The notes beneath the pieces are model-generated. The model did not search any database, was not told where the DNA came from, and saw nothing but the letters and a program-made list of their open reading frames with translations. A DNA stretch of 64,000 nucleotides from Octopus bimaculoides (lineage: Eukaryota): positions 77,067,413 through 77,131,412 of the forward strand of contig NC_068991.1 of NCBI RefSeq assembly GCF_001194135.2, written 5' to 3'. Of the stretch, positions 37,607-49,412 are shown piece after piece. The stretch's first letter is position 1. The number at the start of each line of letters is the position of its first letter. A program made the translations under genes and the position numbers.

Positions 37607-38360
37607 ATCCTCCTCATCATCATCAACGTCATTATTTAATGACTATGTTCACTGCTGGCATGGGTTAGATTGTTTGACAGGATTCAGTGGGCCCTAGGTC
37701 TGCATTGTGCCACAGCGTCTGCTTTGGCATGGCTTTTACGATGCCCTTCCTAACACCAGCCACCCTCCATCATGCAGTGGGTGCTTATCTTTGTGTCAAT
37801 AGCACTAGTGAGGGGTGCCATGCAGGTTGAAGAACTACAAACCCTATAGGAGCAACATTATTCTGGGAGATGAGGAATAAAGAGAGGTGAAGTAGAGAGA
37901 AAAAGGTCTGAGGAGAACAGGTTTCTAGTTGTGGAAGAGCTACAAGGCTACTCACATTTTAGATGGTGGGTGTGATCAGGTGGAGCTGGGAAACAATAAA
38001 AATAGTGATGGTAGAGCCTCAAGGAACGAAGTAGGCAGGAATGGTTGGAGCAGAGAGATACAGCTAACACAAGAAGGATGAAAGAAAGATGACATGATGG
38101 GTCGGTTGCAGAAGTGGATGGGGAAAAGAGAGGCAGGTGTACTGTATGAGGAGGATGGAAGGTATGGTGGGAGGGGAGAAGATGTGATTTGGTGGGTCAG
38201 TGGGGGAAAGTGTAGATGGAGTGAGCTGTATTAATGGGTAACAAGTGTAATGGTTCTGAGTTGTAAAAAAAAATACATGGTATCAAAGAAGAACTGCAGT
38301 TAGGGAGGTAATGGGTAGTGGTTGTGATGGTTGGGTGTCTTGAAGAAGAATGAAATTAGA
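37607..38360 (-). mobile_element. Long family A-related copy, old
   Basis: A-type tail (GCTGGCATGGGTTAG, GATGCCCTTCCTAACACC) followed by a ~550-bp GA-rich body on the plus strand. Confidence 0.6.
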
Positions 38361-38512
38361 TAAAGAGCCCTATGTTACATACACACTCACACACTTCTAC
38401 CAGAACTCTGCCAGTTTCTACCAGTGGTGGATGTGTCTTCTCAAGAATTCTCATCAATCATTCCAGTCTTTTCTCATCTCTTCCATGAAGTTCAAGAACC
38501 TGGGATCAGCCA

Positions 38513-38548
<36 letters not shown>

Positions 38549-38624
38549 CATTTTGCATCTAGCCCATTCTCCCCACCTCTCTCTCTCTCAGTGTATATAT
38601 GTGTGTGTGTGTGTGCGTGTGTGT

Positions 38625-38868
38625 GTATGTCTTTGTCTTGACATCATGAAATAGTTATAAACAAGTGTCACCATCATACAGGATGTGTTGTCTTCTTCCA
38701 ATTTTTTGTGAAAATATGTCTAACGATAGGGGAAATACTACCTGCTTGGAAACAAGTGAATGTTGGTGATAGGAAGAACATCTGGCAGCAGAAAACCTGT
38801 CTCAGCAAATTATTCCTGACCCACACAAGCATGGGAAAGTAGATGCTGAAACGATGATGATGATGATG
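38625..38868 (+). mobile_element. Family C tail-2 segment
   Basis: Colinear with 27850-28090; (GAT)n end. Confidence 0.75.
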
Positions 38869-39138
38869 TTCCTCATCTTCATATATATTCTTCTCCTCAA
38901 ACATGATTACTTTTACGATTATTGAAAGAAATGCCTAATATTTGAGGAACTATTTCAGATGATATTGTATATGGATTATTGTAGTACAGATAGGAAAAAT
39001 GCTAAAATTAAAGAAAATTTACATATTACTACATTAAAAAAAGAACTTTGTTTACTTTCATCGTAAAGTTGAATTTAACGTTAGCGTCTTATGAAGCTAT
39101 ATTTATAAGTTCTAAAATTGCAGAAGAATTTGTTGCTG

Positions 39139-39212
39139 GGCAGTTTGGTTTAATGGTAAAACACTTGATGCGTTAATCACAGACATTTGAGTTCGAGTCT
39201 CATGGCTAGCCA
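39139..39212 (+). pseudogene. tRNA-like sequence (isotype uncertain; pseudogene or solitary SINE head)
   Basis: A box TGGTTTAATGG, D stem GTTT/AAAC, T arm TGAG-TTCGAGT-CTCA, partial acceptor pairing, T5 run at 39221-39225. The anticodon arm is irregular (3-bp stem, 8-nt loop containing GTT-AA). Confidence 0.55.
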
Positions 39213-39640
39213 GTAATGTATTTTTCTGCAATAAATGGATAATTTATCCTCATCACGCAATTTATAGCATTATCACGCATTTGAGAAATAGATTTATTTC
39301 TGTATCTTACAATACATCTCAACGCTTCTAAAAACAAAACAAGCTTTGTTTACTTTCATCGTAAAGTTGAATTTAATACTAGATGTTTTTGTTGAGAAGA
39401 ATCATTTTTAAAAAGTGAAGTATACAAGTGAAATGTTATTGTATCAAAAATAAAAATAAAAACATGCACATGGAAATCCGTTTACATATATGCAGTAAGT
39501 AAATTGATATGTGATATTTAAAAAGAAAATTATTTATAAAAAGAATTGTACAATAACTAGATTAAATATGAAATAGTTTTGTTGTGTAATTTAGTAGATG
39601 TCTTGATTCATCTAGATAATCTTCAACTGTAATATACAAC

Positions 39641-40624
39641 AGCATCATCATTTAATGTCCATTTTTCATGCTGGTATGGGTTGGACGGTTTGAAAGGATC
39701 TGGCAAACGACAGGGCTGCTCTGAGTTCAAGTGTCAGCCTTAGCATGGTTCCTAAGACTGGATGCCCTTCCTAACACCAGCCACATTACAGTGTGTGTAC
39801 TGGGCGCCGCCTGTACGTGCCATTGGTACTAATGAGGATGCTGGGTAACTTACAAGGCAGGCAAAAGAGGAAAAGGAGAGAAGCCTCCCACTACCGTCTG
39901 TGTGTGAGGGGGGAGTATTTGAGAGGGGGAAGGGGTGGCTTTATGCCAGCTGTTGAAAGGCTTAAAGTACAATAAAGGGTCAAGCATAGGTATCTTGATA
40001 TGGAGGAGGTACATGGCTGCCACACATATAGGGGTGGGTGGAGGTAGTTGGGGGAGGAGATAAAGATGGTAGTGATGGCATTCTCAAGGTATGAGAAGAA
40101 GGTGAGCATAGGAGAGGATAGAGACAGTGGATCGGGGGGAGGGGAGGAGAGCGAGGGGGGAGAGTAAGAGATGGTTGGAGATGAGGGTAGAAGTGAATGT
40201 GATGAAAGATGAATAAGGGTGGAGGCACGGTTGATGGGAAATATCAGTAAGGAGAGAGAGAGAGAGAGAGAGAGAGATAGAAGTGGTTGAGGAAGAAGGT
40301 AGGGAGGTGATGTGTAAGGTGTAGGAGTTGTGAGGAGGAAGATGTAAAGGTACTTAAATGTAGCCCTAGGGAGTTGGGTGTGGTAGTGGATATGAGAGGG
40401 TGCTGAGAATGAAAGCGGGTATGTGGTGTTGAACGGAGTATTGCAGAGGAGAGATAACTGATGGCACAGGAAAGAGATGATTGGTGCAGGTGGGGAGAGG
40501 AGAATAATGGAGGAAAGGGATGTAATTGGTGTCAGTGGGGAGGAGACAAGTGGTAGGGCAAAGAAAGAGGGACGAGTGGTAGGTGCCAGTGCGACTGTCA
40601 AGTTGTGCCATAGATTGAGGAGCT
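39641..40624 (-). mobile_element. Long family A-related retrocopy (~1 kb; CT-rich body, A tail)
   Basis: Tail CATCATTTAATGTCCATTTTTCATGCTGGTATGGGTTGGACGG...GGATGCCCTTCCTAACACC; body homologous to 30750-31140. Confidence 0.75.
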
Positions 40625-40709
40625 CTACCACCGAGATCTGCACCTGCGGTCGGCTTCACCCGGGCTTGCGCCCGTGGCTTCCATGCGCACTGCGGCACCC
40701 TCTCACTCG
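40625..40709 (-). rRNA. 28S (LSU) rRNA fragment, 85 bp, non-functional insertion
   Basis: Minus strand CGAGTGAGAGGGTGCCGCAGTGCGCATGGAAGCCACGGGCGCAAGCCCGGGTGAAGCCGACCGCAGGTGCAGATCTCGGTGGTAG aligns to the conserved metazoan 28S segment CGAGTAGGAGGG...GAAGCC...GCCCGGGTGGAGCCGCCGCAGGTGCAGATCTTGGTGGTAG (recalled from memory); a GC/CpG island in AT-rich flanks. Confidence 0.88.
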
Positions 40710-41889
40710 AATGATGCAGTGCTGGGTGTCAGGAGAAATGAAATACAAGCATATAGAGAATGCTTTTAGGACATCATTTTTGCAGTGGTGGATGGGCCTT
40801 TTAGAGCACAGCAAACTGCCAATCACCTCGGTCCTTTGTCACTTCCTCTGAAATGTGCAGCATCTTGAGACCAGCCTTCACTTCTTTGTCCCATGCATAG
40901 ATGTATATGTATAATAACAGTTTGTTACAGATCCACATTAATTTAAAGTTTTGTTGGCACAGAGCATATCCATATCATCAGATGCTCAGAGTTAGAATGA
41001 AGGGAATTCAAAAGGGTTTCTGGGTTAGAGTATTTAGGCCACCACTGATCAGTTCATGTCATGGGGTTGTTTTAGTTATCTTATTGGTGTCAGGTCTTTG
41101 ATTGGAAGAAGACTAGATTTTGGCATTGAGCAGTGTGTGATAGATGTTTCAACAATGTCAGTTCTTACATTGCATGTTACGCATGGCAGAGCAGTCAGAA
41201 TGTTGGTAACAGACAGTTTTCAGCAACAACAGTTCCCACATGAGCAGGTAACCAATTTGATGGTGTCATGTTGCATATGAGTTTGTGTGACCAGCTTGAG
41301 CGATCGTAGGATGTAATCTCTGCAAGGTGCAGGGATTTTATATATATCTGCCATTGTGTGTGGGCCACATAGGTCTAGAGTACTACTTTCTTTCATTTAT
41401 CCACTCACTCCACTCATATACATATATATGTTAGAGGGACACTCGTAGTCATTTGAAGCTTTCATGCCTCTATTGCCACACACACACATGACTTCCATTG
41501 CAAATTTTGAACTGAATTAACTTATTTGGGTCTTGTTTTAAAATTTTTATAGTTTTAAGTAAAACAGACTGAATTTTGCAAGGTATTTTATAATGATTGA
41601 TTTTGCTTTATACGTAGTGACAAAAGCCCTGCTCTGGGTGTTCACCTAGTGACTGATGAGAAGGGATTATGTATGTGTGTGTTTATGTCCTCAACTCACA
41701 GACAGAAAGTGTTTTATCTATTTATTAATCAGTTTTTATGAATTAGAAATTTACAAATGGATAATTGAAAACAGAGAAGAGGAGAGAAATGATGGAGAAG
41801 ATGCAACCAAAAAGACAGAGTAAAAGATGGATTGTGTTAAGATAAATTAGAATGTGTCTCTTCTAAGAAATAGTGGAAAGAGGGAGAGA

Positions 41890-42641
41890 AAAAAAGAGAG
41901 AAAACAGTCCCAATTCCAAATTATTGCTGTTATATGATTTTTTTTCTACATTTCATTTGTTCCTGCTTTCCTCCCCCCCCACTCTCTCTTTTCCTTCTCT
42001 CTCTCTCTTTACATGATTTTCTATTTCCTCCCCCCCTCCTTTTCTGTTACTATCTTTTCTACTCTCTTCTTCTCTTTCTCCCTCTCTCTTCCTCTCTCAC
42101 CCTCTTTTCACTGTCCTTGAATCCTCTCTCTCATTTGAAGTATTCCCTCACTCAATTGTACTTTTCTGTCCCTTTAATTAGAAACCTCTCTAAAGTTCAC
42201 CCTTTACATAGTCTCCCCCCTCCCTCTTATCCTATCTTTTAATCTTCCCCAGTTTATTTTCTCTAATTAGAGATGTAGAAGCTTTCCTTTACCTCATTGT
42301 TTTTATAACTCTCTGGGTTCCTTTTTTTCTTCCGTTTTAGTTAAAATGATCTGAAATCTTAGCAACTCATTTGTATTGTCCCTTCTCTCTCTCCGTTTTT
42401 AATTAGAGAACTATAGACAGCCTCTCTAACCAGCACCCAGTTCCCTGACTAATTAGAGAACAAATGAAGACTTTGTTTCCTCTTTCTAAACAGACGCTTG
42501 CTGACTCTTTCTTTACCCCTCTATGTTTCATTAGAAAGGTCTAGAAGACCTCTCATTGATTAAACACAGAAGAAATTGGGTGCTAAGAAGGAGAGTAAGA
42601 TAAAGGTCACAGGTTTACTAGTTAAAGAGAAAAGAGAGATG

Positions 42642-42681
<40 letters not shown>

Positions 42682-42781
42682 GAAAAAAAGAAAGAGTGTA
42701 TCATCTTCCTCTTTCCTTCTCTAGAGAATCTTCTTTAGAGAGGAGAAACAGGGGATGATAATTTCTCTCTAGAGGATCATA

Positions 42782-42826
<45 letters not shown>

Positions 42827-42830
42827 TTCC
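41890..42830. repeat. CT-rich then GA-rich low-complexity region with (GA)n/(CT)n
   Basis: Directly visible. Confidence 0.75.
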
Positions 42831-44752
42831 TTTTTTAACCACCAATTCTGTGACTGTTTCATGTTCCCTCTTCTCAGTTTTTGACATTTTGGTGTCAACT
42901 TCTTCAAGGAAGCAGTCAACTGTTATATAGTGTTATTATATTGGCTGAACAGCCCTATATAAAGTTGCCATTCAGCCTGCTGACTTTCCAGCTAGTATGA
43001 TACTGAGACCCCATCTCCCAGCACCCCAGATCATCACAGACAGCTAATCATAAGTCTAATATTTTACCAACAGCCACTCCTACCTGTCTGACCACTCCTA
43101 TGTGTCTGTCTGTACTCCCAACGACCCATCAACTCACTCTGTTTATAAAGCTCTAAAACCAGATATATCAAACGCTTTTCCATGAAGCTAGTCTGAGAGT
43201 CTACCTGTACCCAGATCTAAGCATCTTAAGAAACCATCCAATCAGCAAATATTTACTCACTCCTTCTATGAAGCTTTACCAATCAGCAAATATTTTATCA
43301 CACCCCTTTTGAAGTTTATCCAATCAACTGCCACCATATCTAGTCATCTATCAGAACATCCATCAAATTTTTCATTCATCTAAAACTTCCATGTAATCCA
43401 GCATTCCACCTAGATAGCGATTCATTCACACAGTTAAATTTTTATCATTCTAACTAACCCACCCACCTAACTATATTCATATAGTCATCCAGTTATGTAT
43501 CTAACCAATTCGTTGGTTACCACAAACTCTACCCTACCACATCTCTCCCTTGCATTTTGATAGTTAAGAAATATTGGTGGTAGTGTTTAGTAATGGATAT
43601 GGTGGTATTGGTGGCAGTGATCATTATGAAGGTGTTGTCTAATGTCTGCCTGTCAAACAACAAAGAAAACAGAAATACCTTTTACTGCTACTGCTGTTGG
43701 TTTTATTGTTGTTATACCACCACGAAATTAGTTTCCATTCTGTCTAATTAAATCATCCCTCTTCAAAATCTTCAAGTGTCATTTCCATGCTATTCATTTG
43801 AGGATGACAAAGTAATGAAGTAATGAAATACATGCCACTTACACAGAGCCACAGCAAAGCTTTGGGCCTTGCTTTAAGACTATGAATAGAGGTGCATGAA
43901 ATAGAACTATCCTCTATCTAGAGGATAATTGCAGGTATGGGAATAATCTTGATTCGTGACATACAATTTGCCAAGTCTCCTGCCAGGTTTATTCGTTTAT
44001 TTATTCATGGTATGAGTGGAAGGGTATACTGTCAGCATATTTTGGGTTGTCAGATAAATATGTTCATTCCATGCCCACCACCATTTATTTTAATCCTTTT
44101 TTTTATCAGCAGTTAAAAAAAAAACAGACAATAATATATTTTTCATCACTGTCTGCTACTTCTTGCCAACTTTTCACTAGCTTGTCAATGTTTTGATAGT
44201 AGAAATGTTTTGGTAGCCTTGATTTGAAGAATTCATTAAGCCACTTTTACAGTTCCATATCATTGTTGAATAAAATGCCTTGCAGACTGATGGGGACAAC
44301 CCAAAAAGTTGATAATCTGAAAGTACTATATCTCAAGAATGCAACAATTACAGTGGAACTTCCCAGCTGAACCCATGAATAGCTTTTGTTTTCAAATTAG
44401 AAATCTACTACTACTACTACTTGAATTGTAATAAACTGAAGCCTTCTATTGGTTCCAAGAGAAAAGCATTGATGCTACACAAATCCGTGAGGATAATTTC
44501 TTGGTGAAAAGGCTTCTCCTTGTTCATTCTTCTGGCTTTCACTGGGAATGGTCTTTTCTTTCTCCTTTCCTGTCTCCTGTATTGTCTTCAACAAACTTTC
44601 ACTCCTGCATACTGTTCATGTTCCCATTAATGAAAGACATTGAGGTGGCACTACTAGTTGTGGCTAGGAAAAAGGAAGGATCCCTGGTTGCTGACTTCTT
44701 GCTCTGGGGTGAGGTGACTTCCTTGATTGTCTTTAGAGTTGCACCTGGTGGT

Positions 44753-44915
44753 ATTCTTTTCTACTCTTGGCACAAGGCCCAAAATATTTATCGGCCCCGA
44801 AAGGATGAAAGGCAAAGTCCACCTCAGCGGAATTTGAACTCAGAACATAAAGATGGATGAAATACCACAATGCACTTCGCCCAGCGTGCTAACATTTCCG
44901 CCAGCTTGCTACCTT
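44753..44915 (-). mobile_element. Family B SINE with internal deletion
   Basis: Reverse complement matches the 23991 head and GCCTTTCATCCTTTCGGGG, then jumps to the 3' end. Confidence 0.82.
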
Positions 44916-46364
44916 GAAAGGCTGGTGGTATTGTTGGAACAGCAGCCTCTATCTGGGACAGCAGCCTCTATCTGGGACATCCTGTTGTCATTGCACATTC
45001 TTTTACTATCCACCACTCTCTCTTTCTCTCTCTCTTTTATTTTTATTTTGTTGGGGCAGAAAAACCTCAAGTGACTTACCACAATACTACAGTTGTGCTG
45101 TTTTCCTTGCACTACCAGTCTCATTAGTTTTCATTCTGTGGAAGTGTAGTTTTCATTCTGTGTACTCAAAACTTGCCTATGTTGCTCTAGAAAAGGGACA
45201 ATGAGCCAAGGGTTCAATGTTATAACAAATGCTGCAGATTGTCATACTTGTATTATAGTGGCCCATATATTGTGGTATGAGCATATGGCAGCTTTGTGTC
45301 ATACCAAACTGGCCTGTGGTATCACCTTATGCTTAGTGTTAAAGATCAAGTAAACACCCCCATATATTTTGCTGTGGATGATGGAAATCACAACTTTCAT
45401 CACTTTAGTTAGTGGTTCCTTGCAATTATTCTTTTAAATGTATTTGTAAACCAGTTCCATTTCTAATTATGCAGAGGTATGTTACCCTTTTTTTGCCTGG
45501 TCCTCTCTCTGTTGCTTGATCAAGAAAGATCTGTCTCTCATAATCTGGTTGTTTTGAATCTCTTTTGATTTGGGCCACATGTGACTTGCCACACGAGAAA
45601 AACTCATTTTGTTTTCTGTAAGTTAATTATTTTTTATTTGTCATTTTTGCTATATCTGCTTAACGAATGCCATTTGTTCAGTTTTTTTTTTTTTTTTTAA
45701 CTTGGTATCAATAAACTTTGTATATGTGTCTGAGAGATGGAACTGTTAATATTTGTTAGTACCGCTGTGGCAAACACATCTCACTACCTCTCCACAAGAC
45801 AAAGCTGTGTTTAACTACAAATGAGTAAAGCAGTTACAAGATATAAAATGCAAAAATTCCCTAAGTTAGATCTTATTATTCTATCTCAAGGTAGTTGGAG
45901 CAGGCAATGAAACATTCCAAATTCTACAAGGAAAATTATCGAAAGGAAGCAATTTTTTTTTTATTAAATGCAAGTATAGTAAATCCAATTCGTCTTTGGA
46001 ATCAATTATTGGAGAGGTAAAAGTAAGGCCAAAGGAATTCAAAAGACAGAGCATCGGTGAAAATTGCTGTAATGGATACAATAAATTTAAAACTAGCTCA
46101 CCAAGAGAATGTGGGATGCCTTGTGGCATGTTCAATTCAAAAAATAATAACGGGTATGTTTGGGTGCATCAAGTTTCTGTATTAGTGGCGGCATGCAAAC
46201 AAACAGAAGGCAAGTAAAAAGTATGAGACGCCTTTGAGTTCAAGTTCATGGTTCTTTGCAAAAGAAACAAAAACTAATAAAACTAATAAGCTGAAGGAAG
46301 ACAAAGAGAGAAGCAATTTGTTGAGTTTGGGAAGAGATGGTCTCTCTAATTATGTGAAATAGCC

Positions 46365-46587
46365 AAATAATCTTTTCTGCTCTAGGCACAAGGCCTGAAA
46401 TTTTGGGGGAGAGGGCCAGTCGATTAAATCGATTCCCAGTACGCAACTGGTACTTAATTCATCATCCCCGAAATGATGAAAGGCAAAGTCGACCTCGGTG
46501 GAATTTGAACTCAGAGCGTAGTGACGGGCAAAATACCACTAAGCACTTCGTCCAGCACACTAATTTTTTCTGCCAGCTCACTGCCTT
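46365..46587 (-). mobile_element. Family B SINE, full length
   Basis: Reverse complement colinear with 23991-24203. Confidence 0.88.
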
Positions 46588-47042
46588 GAAATATCCAAAT
46601 AATGGACTGGTAGTAAAAATCACATGAGCAGTCTATGAACTGCTACTGTGCCATTTCCCAGAGGATGTAGAAGATGTCATACTCAGTCTGATACCAAAGA
46701 TACTCACAGGCACCTCTGAGTCTAACAGTTTCAACAAGTGGTGGGAGGCCTGTGATGTGGGGTACTCTGATCCAACCTAACTAATAGGTTGTCACATCTT
46801 GAGGATGGACTATGTTAAATGTTTTTCCTGTTTTTCTTTATATAATCTTATATTTGGTCTGTGTTAATAAATCCATTGTATAATGTCCTTGCTTATCCCC
46901 TCACTTTTCGTATAACTTATTGTCTATCCCAAAGTGATTGGTTGAAATTACCGAAACATGACAATTTTAACACGAAATAACTTTAAAAAGATAAGATTTT
47001 CTCAATAACACCAAGAGTAAAAGATGTTTTATATGACACATT

Positions 47043-47994
47043 CTACCAGTGTCCCAAGTTTGAAAGTGTTTTGTTAAGAAAACAAGTGGCGCCCGCCAAA
47101 TCAGAAAGATCCTCTTTGTCTGCTACTACTAAACCATGTTTTCTAGCTTCTATTACTCTGAATGTTAAAGTCCCACAACATCTTATATTTTTTTTACTTT
47201 CTACTACTTTACTAGTTTCATGTTCATACCATTTATCAGTGTGGTGAAATCCTAGCGTTCTACATAACTCCCAGTGGATTATTCTCCCTAGGTTGTCATG
47301 TCTTTTCATGTATTCTTTCTGTGCCAGCATGCTACATTCACTTACTACATGAGTAACACTTTCTCTTTTGATTTACATAATCTCCATTGGGAATTTGTCT
47401 GGTATCTGTCTATCTTAGTTAATTAGCCAATTAGTCCTCAATGCTTGATCTTGTACTGCTACTAACAAACTTTCTGCCTCACTTTTCAGCTTCCCTTTCT
47501 ACAACCATAACCATGTCTAACTATTACTATTTCCTGCAACTATTTTTGGGAATCTACTCGGAAAAGCCATCTCTTGCCAGTCAGATAATCATTCTTCTTT
47601 TTTTCTGGTTTTTAACTTCATTTTTCATTCCCCCCGTGTACTACTATGACTCTAGCAGCTTTTCATAAACTGTCGTCACCTTTACCCACATAGGAGTCTA
47701 TATCTACTCTAGCTAACTCCACACAGTCTTCTACTGATATTAACTCTTTACCACCTTCCTTTCTTGCTACTCCTGTTCTTGGATGAGGTTCTCCATTCAT
47801 ATTGAATTCCTTCCTAGTTCTTCTGTCTTGATTTCTTAATTCAGATTTTGTCCAATTTACAAAAGCTGCTGAGTATTTAAGTAGCAATACTGCCCAAGTA
47901 TTTATAGCCTTTATTAGCTTCCTTGCCATTCTGATATACTCCTTCTCAATTTCTCTTTTCATTTTTCTAGTTAATACTCTGTCAGATTCTATTA

Positions 47995-47998
<4 letters not shown>
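47043..47998 (-). mobile_element. R4/Dong-like LINE fragment (RT thumb, CCHC, start of RLE), pseudogenised
   Basis: IKAINTWAVLLLKYSAAFVNW..RKEGGKELISVEDCV; WLWL*KGKLKSEAESLLVAVQDQALRTN; THVVSECSMLAQKEYMKRHDNLGRIIHWELC..KWYEHE. The 5' truncation abuts (AAT)n. Confidence 0.92.

Positions 47999-48050
<52 letters not shown>
47995..48050. repeat. (ATT)n microsatellite
   Basis: Directly visible. Confidence 0.95.
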
Positions 48051-49199
48051 GAATTTTACCCCAAGAGATTTGGATTATCATCAAGTTTACAGGAGGAATT
48101 TTCTATCTTAGATTACTTTGCAAACATGGTGGGGATGGCTGTGCAATCTTTGTGATATGTGAACACTTGTGTCTCAATACCTGGGATAGACAAAATGTCT
48201 GTCTTTTAGATATAATTTTATTTTTCTGAATAACTTTTCTTGCATTTTACCAATACAGTTTCTATTGGAGGAGTAGTAGTAGGTACAAAAGAAAGGAAGT
48301 AGCTCTGCATAAAGCCTCCATTCCTGAAAGTGTTGATACAAATTTTGAACATATCAAAATGCACTTAAAAACCCTCAGAAAACAACTTTAAGACAATGGA
48401 AATAATAACCAAAGAATCAAATACTTGCAAACACAGACAATCAAAATTTGACATCCAAAAACACAAATCTGTGCACAAATATAAGCAAAAATATTGAAAA
48501 CATTAACATCAATGCAAACTTTCACTATATTAACAAACATTCTGACAACTTCTTCATCAGCATTACAAGCCATAAGAAAGGTTTTGAGATGTACTGAGTC
48601 AAAGAAATAGGTATTACAATATTATGTAACAAATATATCTCATTGCCAGAGAAATTCTTCCAAAAGTGGATAAAGTGGAAGCTGATATGCCTCTACCTTG
48701 AGAAGGTACAAGGGAGCTGCTATATATATCCTAAAAAGAACGCTAAAAGGGATATCTGGGCTATGTATGGCATGATGTCTACTTCATTGATAGGGTATAT
48801 GAAGATGTGTACCCATTCTCCAAAACTGAGAGTGAGACAAGAGAGCAAGCCTATCGGCTGCAGTTGTAGTACATGGGGTGATACAGCTTGAGAGTTACAT
48901 CAAGGGAAATTCATGGCAACATTGACTTCTGACTCCTTGTTTGTCCCTTTTGTGACACAGTATAGGCAGGATATAAGTCCTGGTGATCATATGAGTCCTG
49001 GTGATCTCCAAAGACCAAGATAATACTGGAGATGTGTCCTATTATGAGTTCTGAGAGAAATTTCATAAAACTGGATGCAAAGTAGAAATCTTCGCTGTTA
49101 AATGCATGGCAGTCAGAAGCAGTTTCTTGCAGGTTATTCCTGCCATCTTCAAACTAGTTCTTGTAGATAACTGCATATATCCCATGGATTTCTTGTATG

Positions 49200-49412
49200 T
49201 ATGATGATGTTGATGAGCCCGAGTTAGCCTTAAAGAGACTCCTGATCAACTCTGTTTCAGTCTTGACTATCCCCAGCCTTTTTGTATATCCTTGAGTATT
49301 TTATCCAGTGTGTACTTAATTTGTGTTTTTTTATGATGCTAGGTTGTTATTTGAGGATATTTGGTTGCCACTTCTAGCAGGTCGAGTTATTTTCGTAGAA
49401 GCTTTCTCATTG
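49200..49412 (-). mobile_element. Family F repeat
   Basis: TTTGAGGATATTTGGTTGCCACTTCTAGCAGGTCGAG...GCTTTCTCATTG. Confidence 0.55.

Noticed and set aside
39891-40643. 250-aa minus-strand ORF
   Set aside because: Low-complexity P/L/S/T translation of the CT-rich retrocopy body; no domain motifs.
40625-40709. Functional rDNA unit
   Set aside because: Only 85 bp match, with no flanking 28S, ITS or 18S sequence; kept as a fragment only.
45881-46217. Overlapping ORFs on both strands in unique sequence
   Set aside because: No recognisable motif and no consistent splice-site pair; lengths are within chance expectation.
46620-46790. Possible missing RLE C-terminus of the 47043-47998 LINE
   Set aside because: Only a TAHV-like tetrapeptide resembles the motif, which is not enough.
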